Origin: an uncultured Acidobacteriota bacterium
GTDB taxonomy: Bacteria; Acidobacteriota; UBA6911
Assembly: GCA_963843575.1 (NCBI GenBank)
Contig: CAWJKZ010000011.1
Location: forward strand, 106,341 to 170,340
Length of the DNA stretch: 64,000 nucleotides
Direction: 5' to 3'
Translations under genes and position numbers: made by a program
Notes under the pieces: generated by a model
Databases searched by the model: none
Seen by the model: only the letters and a program-made list of their open reading frames with translations
What the model was told of the DNA's origin: nothing
Part shown: positions 11,262 to 19,799 of the stretch, one piece after another
How positions within the stretch are numbered: position 1 is the stretch's first letter
Layout of the letters: every line of letters starts with the position of its first letter

Positions 11262-12692
11262 ATGTTCAAGACGATTGAGCGAAGAGAATTCCTGAGCCTG
11301 TCGATTGCGGGGTGTGCGTCGTGCCTGGCCGCGAGACGAGGATTCCCGGCCATCCAGGCTCCCGGAGCACCGCTGCTCGTAAGCCCCGGCTGCCGCAGGA
11401 CGAAAGTCCGCGTCGCGAAGATCTATCTCGGCATCCCTCAAGCACTCTGGCCACACCCCAAGATGGATTTGCAGGACGAAATCCAAAGGTACGAGTCGGA
11501 GTTCACCCGCATGAAGCAGGAGTTCTCCGATATCGACTTCGTGGTGAACGACCTTGTGACGCAAAAGGGCCAGATCGGCCGGATGGCAGACCGGCTCAAA
11601 GACGTCGACGGTATTCTCGCCATCCACCTCTCCATGGGGGTGAGGGAGATCCTGGCGGAGGTCCTGGCACTCAAGCGACCTGTGATGCTGTTCGCCGCTC
11701 CCTATTCCGGCCACGAATGGACATCTCTCGGAGCGCTGCGCAACGAGGAAGCCGGAGCGCTCCTGGAGTGCATCCTCAGCAGCAACTTCAACGACCTTGC
11801 CGTCGCCGTGCGGCCCTTCCGTGCGATTCACCACCTCCGGGAAGCGAAGGTCGTCAACGTTTCGACGCGCGCTCCCGAGGCGGGCTACTTGAAGTGGGTC
11901 TCGGAGCGGTTCGGCACCGAGATCAAGACGATCGGCCTGCAGCCGGTGATGGCCGCCTACAATTCGATCGCCGATGCGGACGCCGAAGCCGAGGCCGGGC
12001 GATGGATCAGCCGGGCGGAGAAGGTCGTGGAACCTCCCCGCGACGAGATCTTCCGCTCCAGCAAGCTGGCGCTTGCCTTTGAAAAGCTGCTCAACGACGA
12101 GAACGCCACTGTCATCACCGTGGACTGCTACGGATCGATGTATCGCCGGCTCCCGGCGTTCCCGTGCGTCGGCTTTGTCAGGCTGAACGACATCGGGCTG
12201 GGAGGCATCTGCGAGTCCGATCTGAATTGTGCGATGACCCACATACTTCTCCAGGGACTCTCCGGGCGTCCGGGTTTCATCAGCGATCCGACGATGGACG
12301 AATCCGTCCAGGGGATCATCCTGGCGCACTGCCTGGGGAGCACGAGAATGGACGGGCCGGACAAGCCCGCCGCCCCGTTCAAGCTGCGGACCATCATGGA
12401 ACGCCAGGAAGGGTGCGTGCCGCAGGTGAGGATGCGCGTCGGGCAGAAAGTCACGCAGGCCCAGCTCGTCCAGGACGACAAGCTCCTGTACTTCACCGGG
12501 GACATCATCGAAACGCCGGATGTTGAAAAAGGCTGTCGCACCAAGATCACGGTGAAGATCGATGGCGACGCCGAAAAACTGTGGCAGCACTGGTCGCACG
12601 GCCTGCACCGGGTAACCGTCTATGGGGACTTGACCAGGGACTTGAAGCGTCTCTGCCGTTTCAAGGGCATCAACATGGTCAACGAGGCCTGA
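11262..12692 (+). CDS. Hypothetical TAT-exported protein
   Basis: RBS GGAAGGAG; twin-arginine leader MFKTIERREFLSLSIAGCASCLAA; 476 aa. A possible sugar-isomerase-like C-terminal region is not confidently assigned. Confidence 0.55.
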   Translation: MFKTIERREFLSLSIAGCASCLAARRGFPAIQAPGAPLLVSPGCRRTKVRVAKIYLGIPQALWPHPKMDLQDEIQRYESEFTRMKQEFSDIDFVVNDLVTQKGQIGRMADRLKDVDGILAIHLSMGVREILAEVLALKRPVMLFAAPYSGHEWTSLGALRNEEAGALLECILSSNFNDLAVAVRPFRAIHHLREAKVVNVSTRAPEAGYLKWVSERFGTEIKTIGLQPVMAAYNSIADADAEAEAGRWISRAEKVVEPPRDEIFRSSKLALAFEKLLNDENATVITVDCYGSMYRRLPAFPCVGFVRLNDIGLGGICESDLNCAMTHILLQGLSGRPGFISDPTMDESVQGIILAHCLGSTRMDGPDKPAAPFKLRTIMERQEGCVPQVRMRVGQKVTQAQLVQDDKLLYFTGDIIETPDVEKGCRTKITVKIDGDAEKLWQHWSHGLHRVTVYGDLTRDLKRLCRFKGINMVNEA

Positions 12693-12847
12693 AGCGGTCA
12701 CGCGAGCGCACACAAACCTAGTGGGCCGCGTCGGCTCGACGCGGCTCCGGAACGTGTCGAACCTCCCAAGTGCCCTCCTTTCATGGAAGGATGCCGCCGA
12801 AGCCTGTCACCCGAACTATAATGACGGCTCCTATCTCCGGAAGAAAT

Positions 12848-13030
12848 ATGAAGGCGATCCAGGCGGTGCGGTTTGTCCGCGGAGCGTTGACGGGGCACAC
12901 GGCCCGGGCAGGGCCGTTCTTCGTCAACCTGGATGTAACGGACCGCTGCAACCTCCGTTGTCGCGGTTGCCGCACCCATTCCCTGGACGCCGCTGGCGCC
13001 GCAGCTCGGGCTGGAGGTGGGGAGCGATGA
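12848..13030 (+). pseudogene. Radical SAM enzyme N-terminal remnant
   Basis: MKAIQAVRF...FFVNLDVTDRCNLRCRGC carries the CX3CX2C motif but hits a stop 20 codons later; the downstream frames are not radical-SAM-like. Confidence 0.4.
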
Positions 13031-13219
13031 AGTGTCCTTTTCGCCGCTTCTTGTCCACCGCGGGAGATTCAGCGCGGACGCACTCGAACCCGGGCAGGAG
13101 GCGACGCTCCGCCTGTTGCTGAACCGCCTGCGGAGGGACCTGCGCCGCGCGCCGCATACGATCGTTACGGGCCGTTTCTGCCGGGGTCGTACTGTTCGGA
13201 TACGGCGTTTCACCGGCGG

Positions 13220-13558
13220 ATGGCCCGCGACGGCCAGAAGGTCCTGATCGTCCCTGAATTGCTGATCTTTCACACGGTGCGGTACGGCCTGGGCGGGTTC
13301 CTGCGGCATATTGTCGGCCATCGGCGCAGCTATGCCCTCGTGAATGCGAGGGAGAAGGGTCTTACCGGGGGACGGAGGATCGCAGCGTCCGTTGCGGCCG
13401 GTCTCTCGCCGCCGCTCCTCCTGGGCGCCATTGCCTGGCGCGTGTTCAAGTCGCGGAAGCACTGGGGCCAATTCGTCATGGCGTGCCCCGTCGTTCTGCT
13501 CGGCATCCTCGCCCGTGCCTGGGGTGAGGTGCTCGGCTATGCGCAGGGGCGTGCGTGA
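13220..13558 (+). pseudogene. C-terminal fragment of a membrane glycosyltransferase-like protein
   Basis: 112-aa ORF with hydrophobic tail (LSPPLLLGAIAWRVFKSR...VVLLGILARAWG) and no plausible N-terminal domain; lies in a gene-fragment zone between 12.7 and 13.6 kb. Confidence 0.3.
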
Positions 13559-13599
13559 CGCCTGCGGACCGGCTGAGGATATATACTGTGCGGGAGAGT

Positions 13600-16245
13600 A
13601 TGCACGACCATGACGACCCCCGAATCGGAGGCGAACCGGGGACGCTCCTCGATCTCCTCGCCTTTGATGCTGCGGAGGGCACACGTGCGGCGATCCTGGG
13701 GCCCGGCCGAAAGGACCTGGCACGCGACCGCCTGCTGCCGCAGGTCGGGGCCGTCGTCGAACGCCTGTATGCCCTGGGCGTCGGCCGAGGCGACCGGGTT
13801 GCAGTCGTGCTCCCCAACGGGCCGGACATGGCCGTGGCGTTCCTGGGCGTGGCCGCCGGCGCCGTCTGCGCCCCGCTGAATCCCGCCTACCGCGAACCTG
13901 AGTTCGACTTCTACCTGTCCGACCTCAATGCACGGGCCGTGATCCTGCCGGCCGGAACGGGATCTGCCGCCCGCGCCGCGGCACGAACCCGTTCGATCCC
14001 CGTGCTCGAGCTCTGCCTGGGCTCCGAGGCCGGCGTCTTCTCCCTCGACGGGGGCCCGACAGCACGGAAGGTGTCGACCGGCCCCGCCGCCCCAGGCGAC
14101 GTAGCGCTCGTCCTGCACACGTCCGGCACGACGTCGCGTCCGAAGATCGTCCCCCTCACCCACGCCAATCTCTGCGCCTCCGCCCGCAACATAGCGGTCT
14201 CCCTCGAACTGACCGCGACGGACCGCTGCCTGAACATCATGCCGTTGTTCCACGTGCACGGGCTGGTGGCCGCGTTGCTCGGGGCGCTGGGGGCAGGCGG
14301 CAGCGTCGTCTGCACGCCGGGCTTTGACGGCGAACGCTTCTCCGCGTGGCTGGACGAGTTCCAGCCCACCTGGTACACGGCCGTCCCGACCATGCACCAG
14401 GCCATCCTGGCCCGCGCGGGGGCGTTGGCCGACGCGCCGCCGCGATCATCCCTGCGGTTCATCCGTTCCTGCTCGTCGGCCCTGCCGCCGCAGGTCATGG
14501 CAAGGCTCGAGGACCTGTTTGGCGTGCCTGTGGTCGAGGCCTACGGCATGACGGAAGCCGCGCACCAGATTGCCTGCAACCCGCTGCCGCCCCGGCCGCG
14601 CAAGGCCCGTTCCGTCGGCGTCGCGGCCGGACCCGACGTGGCGATCATGGACGCAGGCGGGAACCTGCTCGGACCGGAATCCACCGGCGAAATCGTTATC
14701 CGCGGCCCCAACGTGACCCCGGGCTACGAGAACAACCCGACGGCGAACGAGCGCGCCTTCACCTCCGGCTGGTTCCGCACCGGCGACGAAGGGACGATCG
14801 ACGCCGGCGGCTACGTCTTCATCACCGACCGCATCAAGGAGATAATCAACCGCGGGGGCGAGAAGATATCGCCGCGCGAGGTCGACGAGGCGCTCATGGA
14901 TCACCCCGCCGTGCAGCAGGCGGTCGCCTTCGCCGTGCCGCACCCGCAGCTCGGCGAGGACGTCGTCGCCGCCGTGGTGCTCCGGCCAGGGGTGTCAGCT
15001 ACGGCCGCCGAGCTGCGGGAGTTCACGGCCGACCGCCTGGCAGCCCACAAGGTCCCGCGGCAGGTTTTAATGGTCGGCGAGATCCCGAAGGGACCGACCG
15101 GAAAGCTCCAGCGGATCAAACTGAACGACCTGCTCGGCGACCGCCTCAAGCCCGCCTACGTGGCGCCCCGGGACGCCGTCGAGGCACGACTGGAGGCGCT
15201 CTGGGGCGAAATACTTGGCGTCGAGCGCGTCGGCGTGCAGGACAACTTCTTCCTGCTGGGCGGCAGCTCACTCCCCGCAGCGCAGATGCTCGCTGGCGCC
15301 GCGGAAGAGTTCCACGTCGCCTTGCCTCTGGACCACTTCTTCCGGCATTCGACCCTGGGGGACCTGGCCGATGCCATTCGTTACGGACAAGGCGCCGGCC
15401 ATGAGCCCGGCGGCGGCCTGGACGCGCTGCTCGGGCAACCGGTCGTTGTGCCCGTGCAGCCGAACGGGTCACGCCCACCGCTGTTCCTCGCCGTGACCGG
15501 ACTCGGGTGGGAAGCCCGGCACGTGGCCAAGTACCTTGGCCCGGACCAGCCGGTCTTCGGCCTGCGCCCGACCGCCCTACTCGCCGACGCGCGCGGCGCG
15601 GCCGGCGCCCGGAACATTGCGGCGCACTATGTCGAGGCCATCCGCGGCGTTCGCCCGCACGGCCCCTACTTTCTCGCCGGAGGGTGTGCCGCCGGCATCG
15701 TCGCGTTCGAAATGGGGCGGCAGCTCATGGAGTTGGGCGAGGACGTCCCGCTGGTCGTGCTCGTGGACGTCGATTACCCGCTCCCGGCCTGGGTGCCGAC
15801 CGCCCTGGCCGTCAAACTCATGCGCCTGCCGCGCGAGTGGGCCAGGGTGCGGCGGCTGCGGCTGCGTCAGCAGTGGGAAAGCGTGACCCAGCATCTGAAG
15901 CGGTTCGCCGCCTGGATCGCCGACACCATACGGCCGGCGCCTTCGACTCCCGACCTGCAGAAGGAACTCTGGCGCCTGCGCGACTCCGTGTGGCGCTACA
16001 CCCCGGCGGCCTACCCCGGACGCCTCGCCCTCCTGCTCCCGGAACAGACCGGTGTGTGGTTCCACCACGACCGCCGCCGGTACTGGCGGCGCATCGCGGG
16101 CGGCGGGAGCGAGATCCAGCCGATCCCGGGCGAGCACAGCGCTGCCCTGCAGGAACCCCACGCTGCCGCCGCCGCCCGGGTCATCCGGGCCTGCATGGAC
16201 AGGGCCCTCGCGGGTTCTTCGAGATCCACCGAGCCGTCGCGGTGA
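13600..16245 (+). CDS. NRPS-like adenylation-thiolation-thioesterase (A-T-TE) protein
   Basis: AMP-binding motifs LHTSGTTSRPK and GYGMTEAA..., TGD, KIxxRGG; carrier-protein motif FFLLGGSSL; C-terminal alpha/beta-hydrolase/TE region LAGGCAAGIVAFEM with Cys at the nucleophile position. ATG 13600 has RBS GGGAGAG; an upstream GTG 13555 is also possible. Confidence 0.8.
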   Translation: MHDHDDPRIGGEPGTLLDLLAFDAAEGTRAAILGPGRKDLARDRLLPQVGAVVERLYALGVGRGDRVAVVLPNGPDMAVAFLGVAAGAVCAPLNPAYREPEFDFYLSDLNARAVILPAGTGSAARAAARTRSIPVLELCLGSEAGVFSLDGGPTARKVSTGPAAPGDVALVLHTSGTTSRPKIVPLTHANLCASARNIAVSLELTATDRCLNIMPLFHVHGLVAALLGALGAGGSVVCTPGFDGERFSAWLDEFQPTWYTAVPTMHQAILARAGALADAPPRSSLRFIRSCSSALPPQVMARLEDLFGVPVVEAYGMTEAAHQIACNPLPPRPRKARSVGVAAGPDVAIMDAGGNLLGPESTGEIVIRGPNVTPGYENNPTANERAFTSGWFRTGDEGTIDAGGYVFITDRIKEIINRGGEKISPREVDEALMDHPAVQQAVAFAVPHPQLGEDVVAAVVLRPGVSATAAELREFTADRLAAHKVPRQVLMVGEIPKGPTGKLQRIKLNDLLGDRLKPAYVAPRDAVEARLEALWGEILGVERVGVQDNFFLLGGSSLPAAQMLAGAAEEFHVALPLDHFFRHSTLGDLADAIRYGQGAGHEPGGGLDALLGQPVVVPVQPNGSRPPLFLAVTGLGWEARHVAKYLGPDQPVFGLRPTALLADARGAAGARNIAAHYVEAIRGVRPHGPYFLAGGCAAGIVAFEMGRQLMELGEDVPLVVLVDVDYPLPAWVPTALAVKLMRLPREWARVRRLRLRQQWESVTQHLKRFAAWIADTIRPAPSTPDLQKELWRLRDSVWRYTPAAYPGRLALLLPEQTGVWFHHDRRRYWRRIAGGGSEIQPIPGEHSAALQEPHAAAAARVIRACMDRALAGSSRSTEPSR

Positions 16246-16374
16246 ATCCTGCAGAATCGTCGACCTTGGGCCGGCGGGAAGCGCTTATCACGCGAAAACA
16301 GGGCCAAAAAGTGGAAATAAGACCTGTTTTGGGGTGGCTAAAACGAGTTAAATTGCCTATTCGCAGCAATTATC

Positions 16375-17163
16375 GTGGTCCGTCCCCTAAAGTTGCGGGC
16401 GCACCGTACCGATCTGAGTTGGGGGGGTGCGGTTTTGGAACCTGCCACTTTGAATTGCCCGAACTGCGGGGCGGCGGCGTCGCCGGACAGCACGAGGTGC
16501 GCCTATTGCCTCTCCACGCTCGCGGTGCTGGTCTGCGCGAAGTGTTTCGGCGCCATCTTCTCGGGCATGAAGCACTGTCCCTGGTGCGGGGAGGAGGGCG
16601 GGGCCGCGCGGCCCAAGGCGGATGGTGGGCTGAAATGCCCGCGTTGCGCGAAGCCGCTGGCTCACATCCAGCTCAACGAACACGGGCTCGCCGAGTGCCT
16701 GAGGTGCGGCGGGTTGTGGGTCGACAGCGAAACGCTGCAGAAGGTCTGCGCCACGGCCGAAGATCAGGAGGCGGTGCTCGCAATGGATCGGAGTGCCCTT
16801 CCCGTCGCACCTGAGGGAGCGAAACCCGGCCGAACCTATGTTCCGTGCCCCATGTGTGCGAAGCTGATGAACCGAACGAACTTTGCCGGCTGTTCGGGCG
16901 TGGTCGTCGATTGGTGCAAGCCGCACGGCAGCTGGTTCGACAAGGACGAGCTCCGCCGCATCGTCGAATTCGTGCGCAACGGAGGCCTCAGGAAAGCGCG
17001 GGAACGCGAGAAAGAGCGGCTGAAACAGGAGAGTGACCGTCTGAAGGAGCAGCAGCGACAAGTCGCCCGGCTCGGCAGCGTCGACATTGCCGCTGCCAGG
17101 CAGGCGAACTCGGGCATGGACACGTTTTTCGAAGCCGTTACCCGAATGCTGGCCGACCGTTGA
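16375..17163 (+). CDS. Tandem zinc-ribbon (zf-TFIIB-like) domain protein
   Basis: Two modules CPxC...C..C followed by GLWVDSETL and GSWFDKDELRRI, then a coiled-coil Lys/Glu/Arg-rich tail; start codon uncertain (no in-frame ATG near 5' end; TTG 16435 possible). Confidence 0.6.
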   Translation: MVRPLKLRAHRTDLSWGGAVLEPATLNCPNCGAAASPDSTRCAYCLSTLAVLVCAKCFGAIFSGMKHCPWCGEEGGAARPKADGGLKCPRCAKPLAHIQLNEHGLAECLRCGGLWVDSETLQKVCATAEDQEAVLAMDRSALPVAPEGAKPGRTYVPCPMCAKLMNRTNFAGCSGVVVDWCKPHGSWFDKDELRRIVEFVRNGGLRKAREREKERLKQESDRLKEQQRQVARLGSVDIAAARQANSGMDTFFEAVTRMLADR

Positions 17164-17181
17164 CCGGCGGCCTCCCTCACC

Positions 17182-18495
17182 TCATCCTCGCAGCAAGCGA
17201 TCCAGTGAAAGGATGCTCAGCATCAGCTGGCGCGGGGGATGGTAGTTGTCCTGCCGCGCCACGTGGGGCTGCTGCACCATCTTGCGGCCTGAAAAGAGCA
17301 TGTAACCGGCCTGCCCGAGCTTCCTGCGCGAGAATTTCTCGTCGATTACCCCCTGCGCCATGCCGAAGAAGCGCGCCGCCCACTCGCTGCGCGTGCGCTC
17401 GAAGACCTTCACGCAGGCTACCAGGATTTCGTTGAGCGACCACAACGTCTTCATGTACTGGTACTCGCCGCGGAACCGGAACTCGAGGTCCGTGCCCACC
17501 GGCCGCTCAACAGGCCAGGCGTAGTCCCCCTGGTCGACGTTGACCCATTGCGACAGGCCTCCGTATACCCAGTCCCAACCCACTTCGATGTGGCGGCGGA
17601 TGCGGTCCGCGCCGAGCTCCCACAGCTTGAGGTCGTTGGTGCGTGAGGCTTCGTCCATCACCATCCAGAGCGTTTCGATGGAATGGCCCGGAATACACTT
17701 CGTCTCCTCTCCAGGCGGCCTGCTGAAGTCGTGGTTCAGGTTTTCGTTGTTCAGCCCGATGTCGGGATTGTAGTGCCTGTTGATGACCGCGTCGACGGAC
17801 TGTTGCGCTACCCGCTCGATCTCGGGGTCGCGCCACCGTTTGAGGAACTGGGTGGCGATGTTGAGGTTGACCATCCAGATCCCCTGCGGACGGCAACCCG
17901 GCCCCGGCGTGCCGGGCAGGACCACCGTGGGATCCTCGATGTGCCGGTGGAGCTTCCTGATCAGCTCCACCGCCGTGCGGCGGGATTCTTCGTGCTTTGC
18001 GGCCCAGGCGTACTCGAGCAGCCCTTCGGCCACGAAATACATGCCGTAGACGTCGCCTTCGAATCCCCGGCGCACCTGCCCGTCGCGCGCCAGCATCTCC
18101 GCCCACCAGCCGTCGGCCTGCGGGGCGTGGCGCAGCACGAACCCCCGCGTCCGGGCCGCGATCTCCAGGTGGCGTGGGTTTCTGCCGAAGTTGTTGTACA
18201 GGAAGCTGTAGACCCAGATCGCCCGTCCCTGGAACCAGAGCAGCTTGTCGGAGTGCACGACCGTGCCGTCGTAGTCGAGGCCGTGCATGACGCCCCCGAA
18301 CTCGTGGTCGACGCCGTGCCCGTCCCAAAACGGCAGCACCACCCCGAAGAGCTCGTCATGGTAGCGCTTGCGCAGTTGCGCGAGCGGCAGGCCCGCCAAT
18401 CTGGCGCCTGCCTCGGCCGCGCCTGCAGCTCCGCCCCAGCTGAGCGGTCCCAGCAACCCTGCCCCCGCAGACCCGATGAATGTGCGGCGTTTCAT
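17182..18495 (-). CDS. N-acyl-D-glucosamine 2-epimerase (AGE) family protein, TAT-exported
   Basis: MKRRTFIGSAGAGLLGPL twin-arginine leader; (alpha/alpha)6-barrel AGE-like sequence along the length. Confidence 0.8.
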   Translation of the reverse strand: MKRRTFIGSAGAGLLGPLSWGGAAGAAEAGARLAGLPLAQLRKRYHDELFGVVLPFWDGHGVDHEFGGVMHGLDYDGTVVHSDKLLWFQGRAIWVYSFLYNNFGRNPRHLEIAARTRGFVLRHAPQADGWWAEMLARDGQVRRGFEGDVYGMYFVAEGLLEYAWAAKHEESRRTAVELIRKLHRHIEDPTVVLPGTPGPGCRPQGIWMVNLNIATQFLKRWRDPEIERVAQQSVDAVINRHYNPDIGLNNENLNHDFSRPPGEETKCIPGHSIETLWMVMDEASRTNDLKLWELGADRIRRHIEVGWDWVYGGLSQWVNVDQGDYAWPVERPVGTDLEFRFRGEYQYMKTLWSLNEILVACVKVFERTRSEWAARFFGMAQGVIDEKFSRRKLGQAGYMLFSGRKMVQQPHVARQDNYHPPRQLMLSILSLDRLLRG

Positions 18496-18539
18496 TTCGG
18501 CGCCCCTCCAAAAGCGGCCGACTCTGCTCAATCAAGTGG

Positions 18540-18567
18540 GTCCGGGCTTCAGCCCGGACGTTTTTTA
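18540..18567 (+). terminator. Rho-independent terminator-like hairpin (unit 1)
   Basis: GTCCGGGC-TTCA-GCCCGGAC perfect 8-bp GC-rich stem followed by GTTTTTTAAT. Confidence 0.5.
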
Positions 18568-18675
18568 ATCTGATTTATGTGGCGACGGGCGCACGTTATA
18601 GCGACCGCAAACAGCGTCCGGGCTGAAGAGGCTGTTCAACGGTTGAACCGCCCGCCCTGCCCGTAAGACAAGTGG

Positions 18676-18703
18676 GTCCGGGCTTCAGCCCGGACGTTTT
18701 TTG
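18676..18703 (+). terminator. Rho-independent terminator-like hairpin (unit 2)
   Basis: Same 8-bp stem followed by GTTTTTTGAT. The palindromic reverse module at 18749-18768 could terminate the minus-strand gene ending at 18797. Confidence 0.5.
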
Positions 18704-18796
18704 ATCTGACTTATGCGGCGACGGGCGCACGCTATAGCGACCGCAAACAGCGTCCGGGCTGAAGCCCGGACCCACTTGTATCTTGTCCTCTTCCAG

Positions 18797-19752
18797 CTAT
18801 CTGGTCTCCACGTTTCCCTTTGCGTCGACGGCTGCAATCCACTGGTCTTTCGCAATCTGGTGGAGATCCACGTGGTGCATGGCGTCGGCGTTCCAGCCCT
18901 TCGATGTGGCGCGGACCAGCGGCGCAGCCAGCATCTGTTCCCTGTATTTGGTGGTGCTTATCTCGCCCACTCGGAAAGCAAAGGCCTGGTTGCCGTACGT
19001 GGGGTAGCAGTCCTGGCCGATCCGGTAGAGGACCCCGTCGATGACGACGGGTCTCCCCGCCGGTCGCGCGGTGTTCAGGTCTTTGACGACGGGGCTGAGC
19101 GGGTGCTCTCTCCACTTGCCTTTCAAGTCTTCCGCGAAAAACAGGCGCAATGTGTCGTTCCCGAGGCCTCCCGCGAACATCCACCAGAGGTCGGCGTACC
19201 GGACGACGGAGGGGCTGATGAAGACGTCGCCGGTGAGCAGGTCTCGTTCGTAGGTCCATTCATTGGGGAACGATCTGGCCCTGTACAGCCGGACGAACTT
19301 CTCGGTGTACGACTCCGGTATCATGTAGTAGTCGTTCTGCCATTTGAACACGTACGGGTAGGACAGTACGAAGGGCTCCTTCAAGACTATCCGTTTGTAC
19401 TCCCACCTGAAGCCGTCTTTGCTTTCGGCCAATCCTATGCCCGATTGTTCTTTGCCCAGATCGTTCTTGGCCGTGAAGAACATGTAGTACTTGGAGCCGG
19501 AGATCACCATGAACGGATGGGCGACGATGTTCACCTTCCAGTCGGTGACAGCCGCCGGCGTCAGCACCGGGTTTGCCACGCCAGCCGGCGCTGCAAGCTG
19601 AAACGGCGACGTGCCGGTGTAGATCCCTATGGACCAGATGTTCTCTGAGGCCGTCCGGGCTGTTTGGCTGCGGATCGGCGTGCCGGCCCAGGCGCACAGC
19701 CCGGCCAGCAAGGCGGAAACGGCAAGGAACCGGATCTTCACGAAGCACCTCC
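18797..19752 (-). CDS. Secreted 5-bladed beta-propeller glycoside hydrolase-like protein (GH43/GH130-like)
   Basis: GTG start with RBS GGAGGTG; signal peptide VKIRFLAVSALLAGLCAWAG; propeller-type motifs (HPFMVISGSKYYMFFTA, WEYKRIV). Confidence 0.55.
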
Positions 19753-19799
19753 AGTGATATGTCCTCCACCGCCCCGGACCCGAAGACTGCAAAGCCTCC

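Larger units (their letters stand above)
18533..18780. repeat. Tandem duplication of a ~140-bp unit carrying hairpin-plus-T-run modules
   Basis: Unit CAAGTGGGTCCGGGCTTCAGCCCGGACGTTTTTT..GCGACGGGCGCACG.TATAGCGACCGCAAACAGCGTCCGGGCTGAAG occurs twice; the second copy ends in the perfect inverted module GTCCGGGCTGAAGCCCGGACCCACTTG. A partial copy, CGTCCGGGCCGAAGAGGCTGTCCAACGGTTGA, lies at 49452-49490. Confidence 0.7.

Noticed and set aside
11211-12713. 500-aa minus-strand ORF opposite the TAT-exported hypothetical gene
   Set aside because: Antisense shadow with biased composition; the plus-strand gene has RBS plus twin-arginine leader.
12698-13723. 341-aa minus-strand ORF spanning the radical-SAM and glycosyltransferase fragments
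   Set aside because: Arg/Pro/Gly-rich low-information product; the region is better explained as plus-strand gene remnants.
14346-16814. ORFs 14346-15404(+), 15507-16814(+) and several minus ORFs inside the NRPS-like gene
   Set aside because: Alternative-frame artefacts in 68% GC coding sequence (runs of R, P, G, A).
17507-18573. ORFs 17507-18328(-) and 17683-18573(+) overlapping the AGE epimerase gene
   Set aside because: Shadow frames; AGE frame has TAT leader and full-length family similarity.
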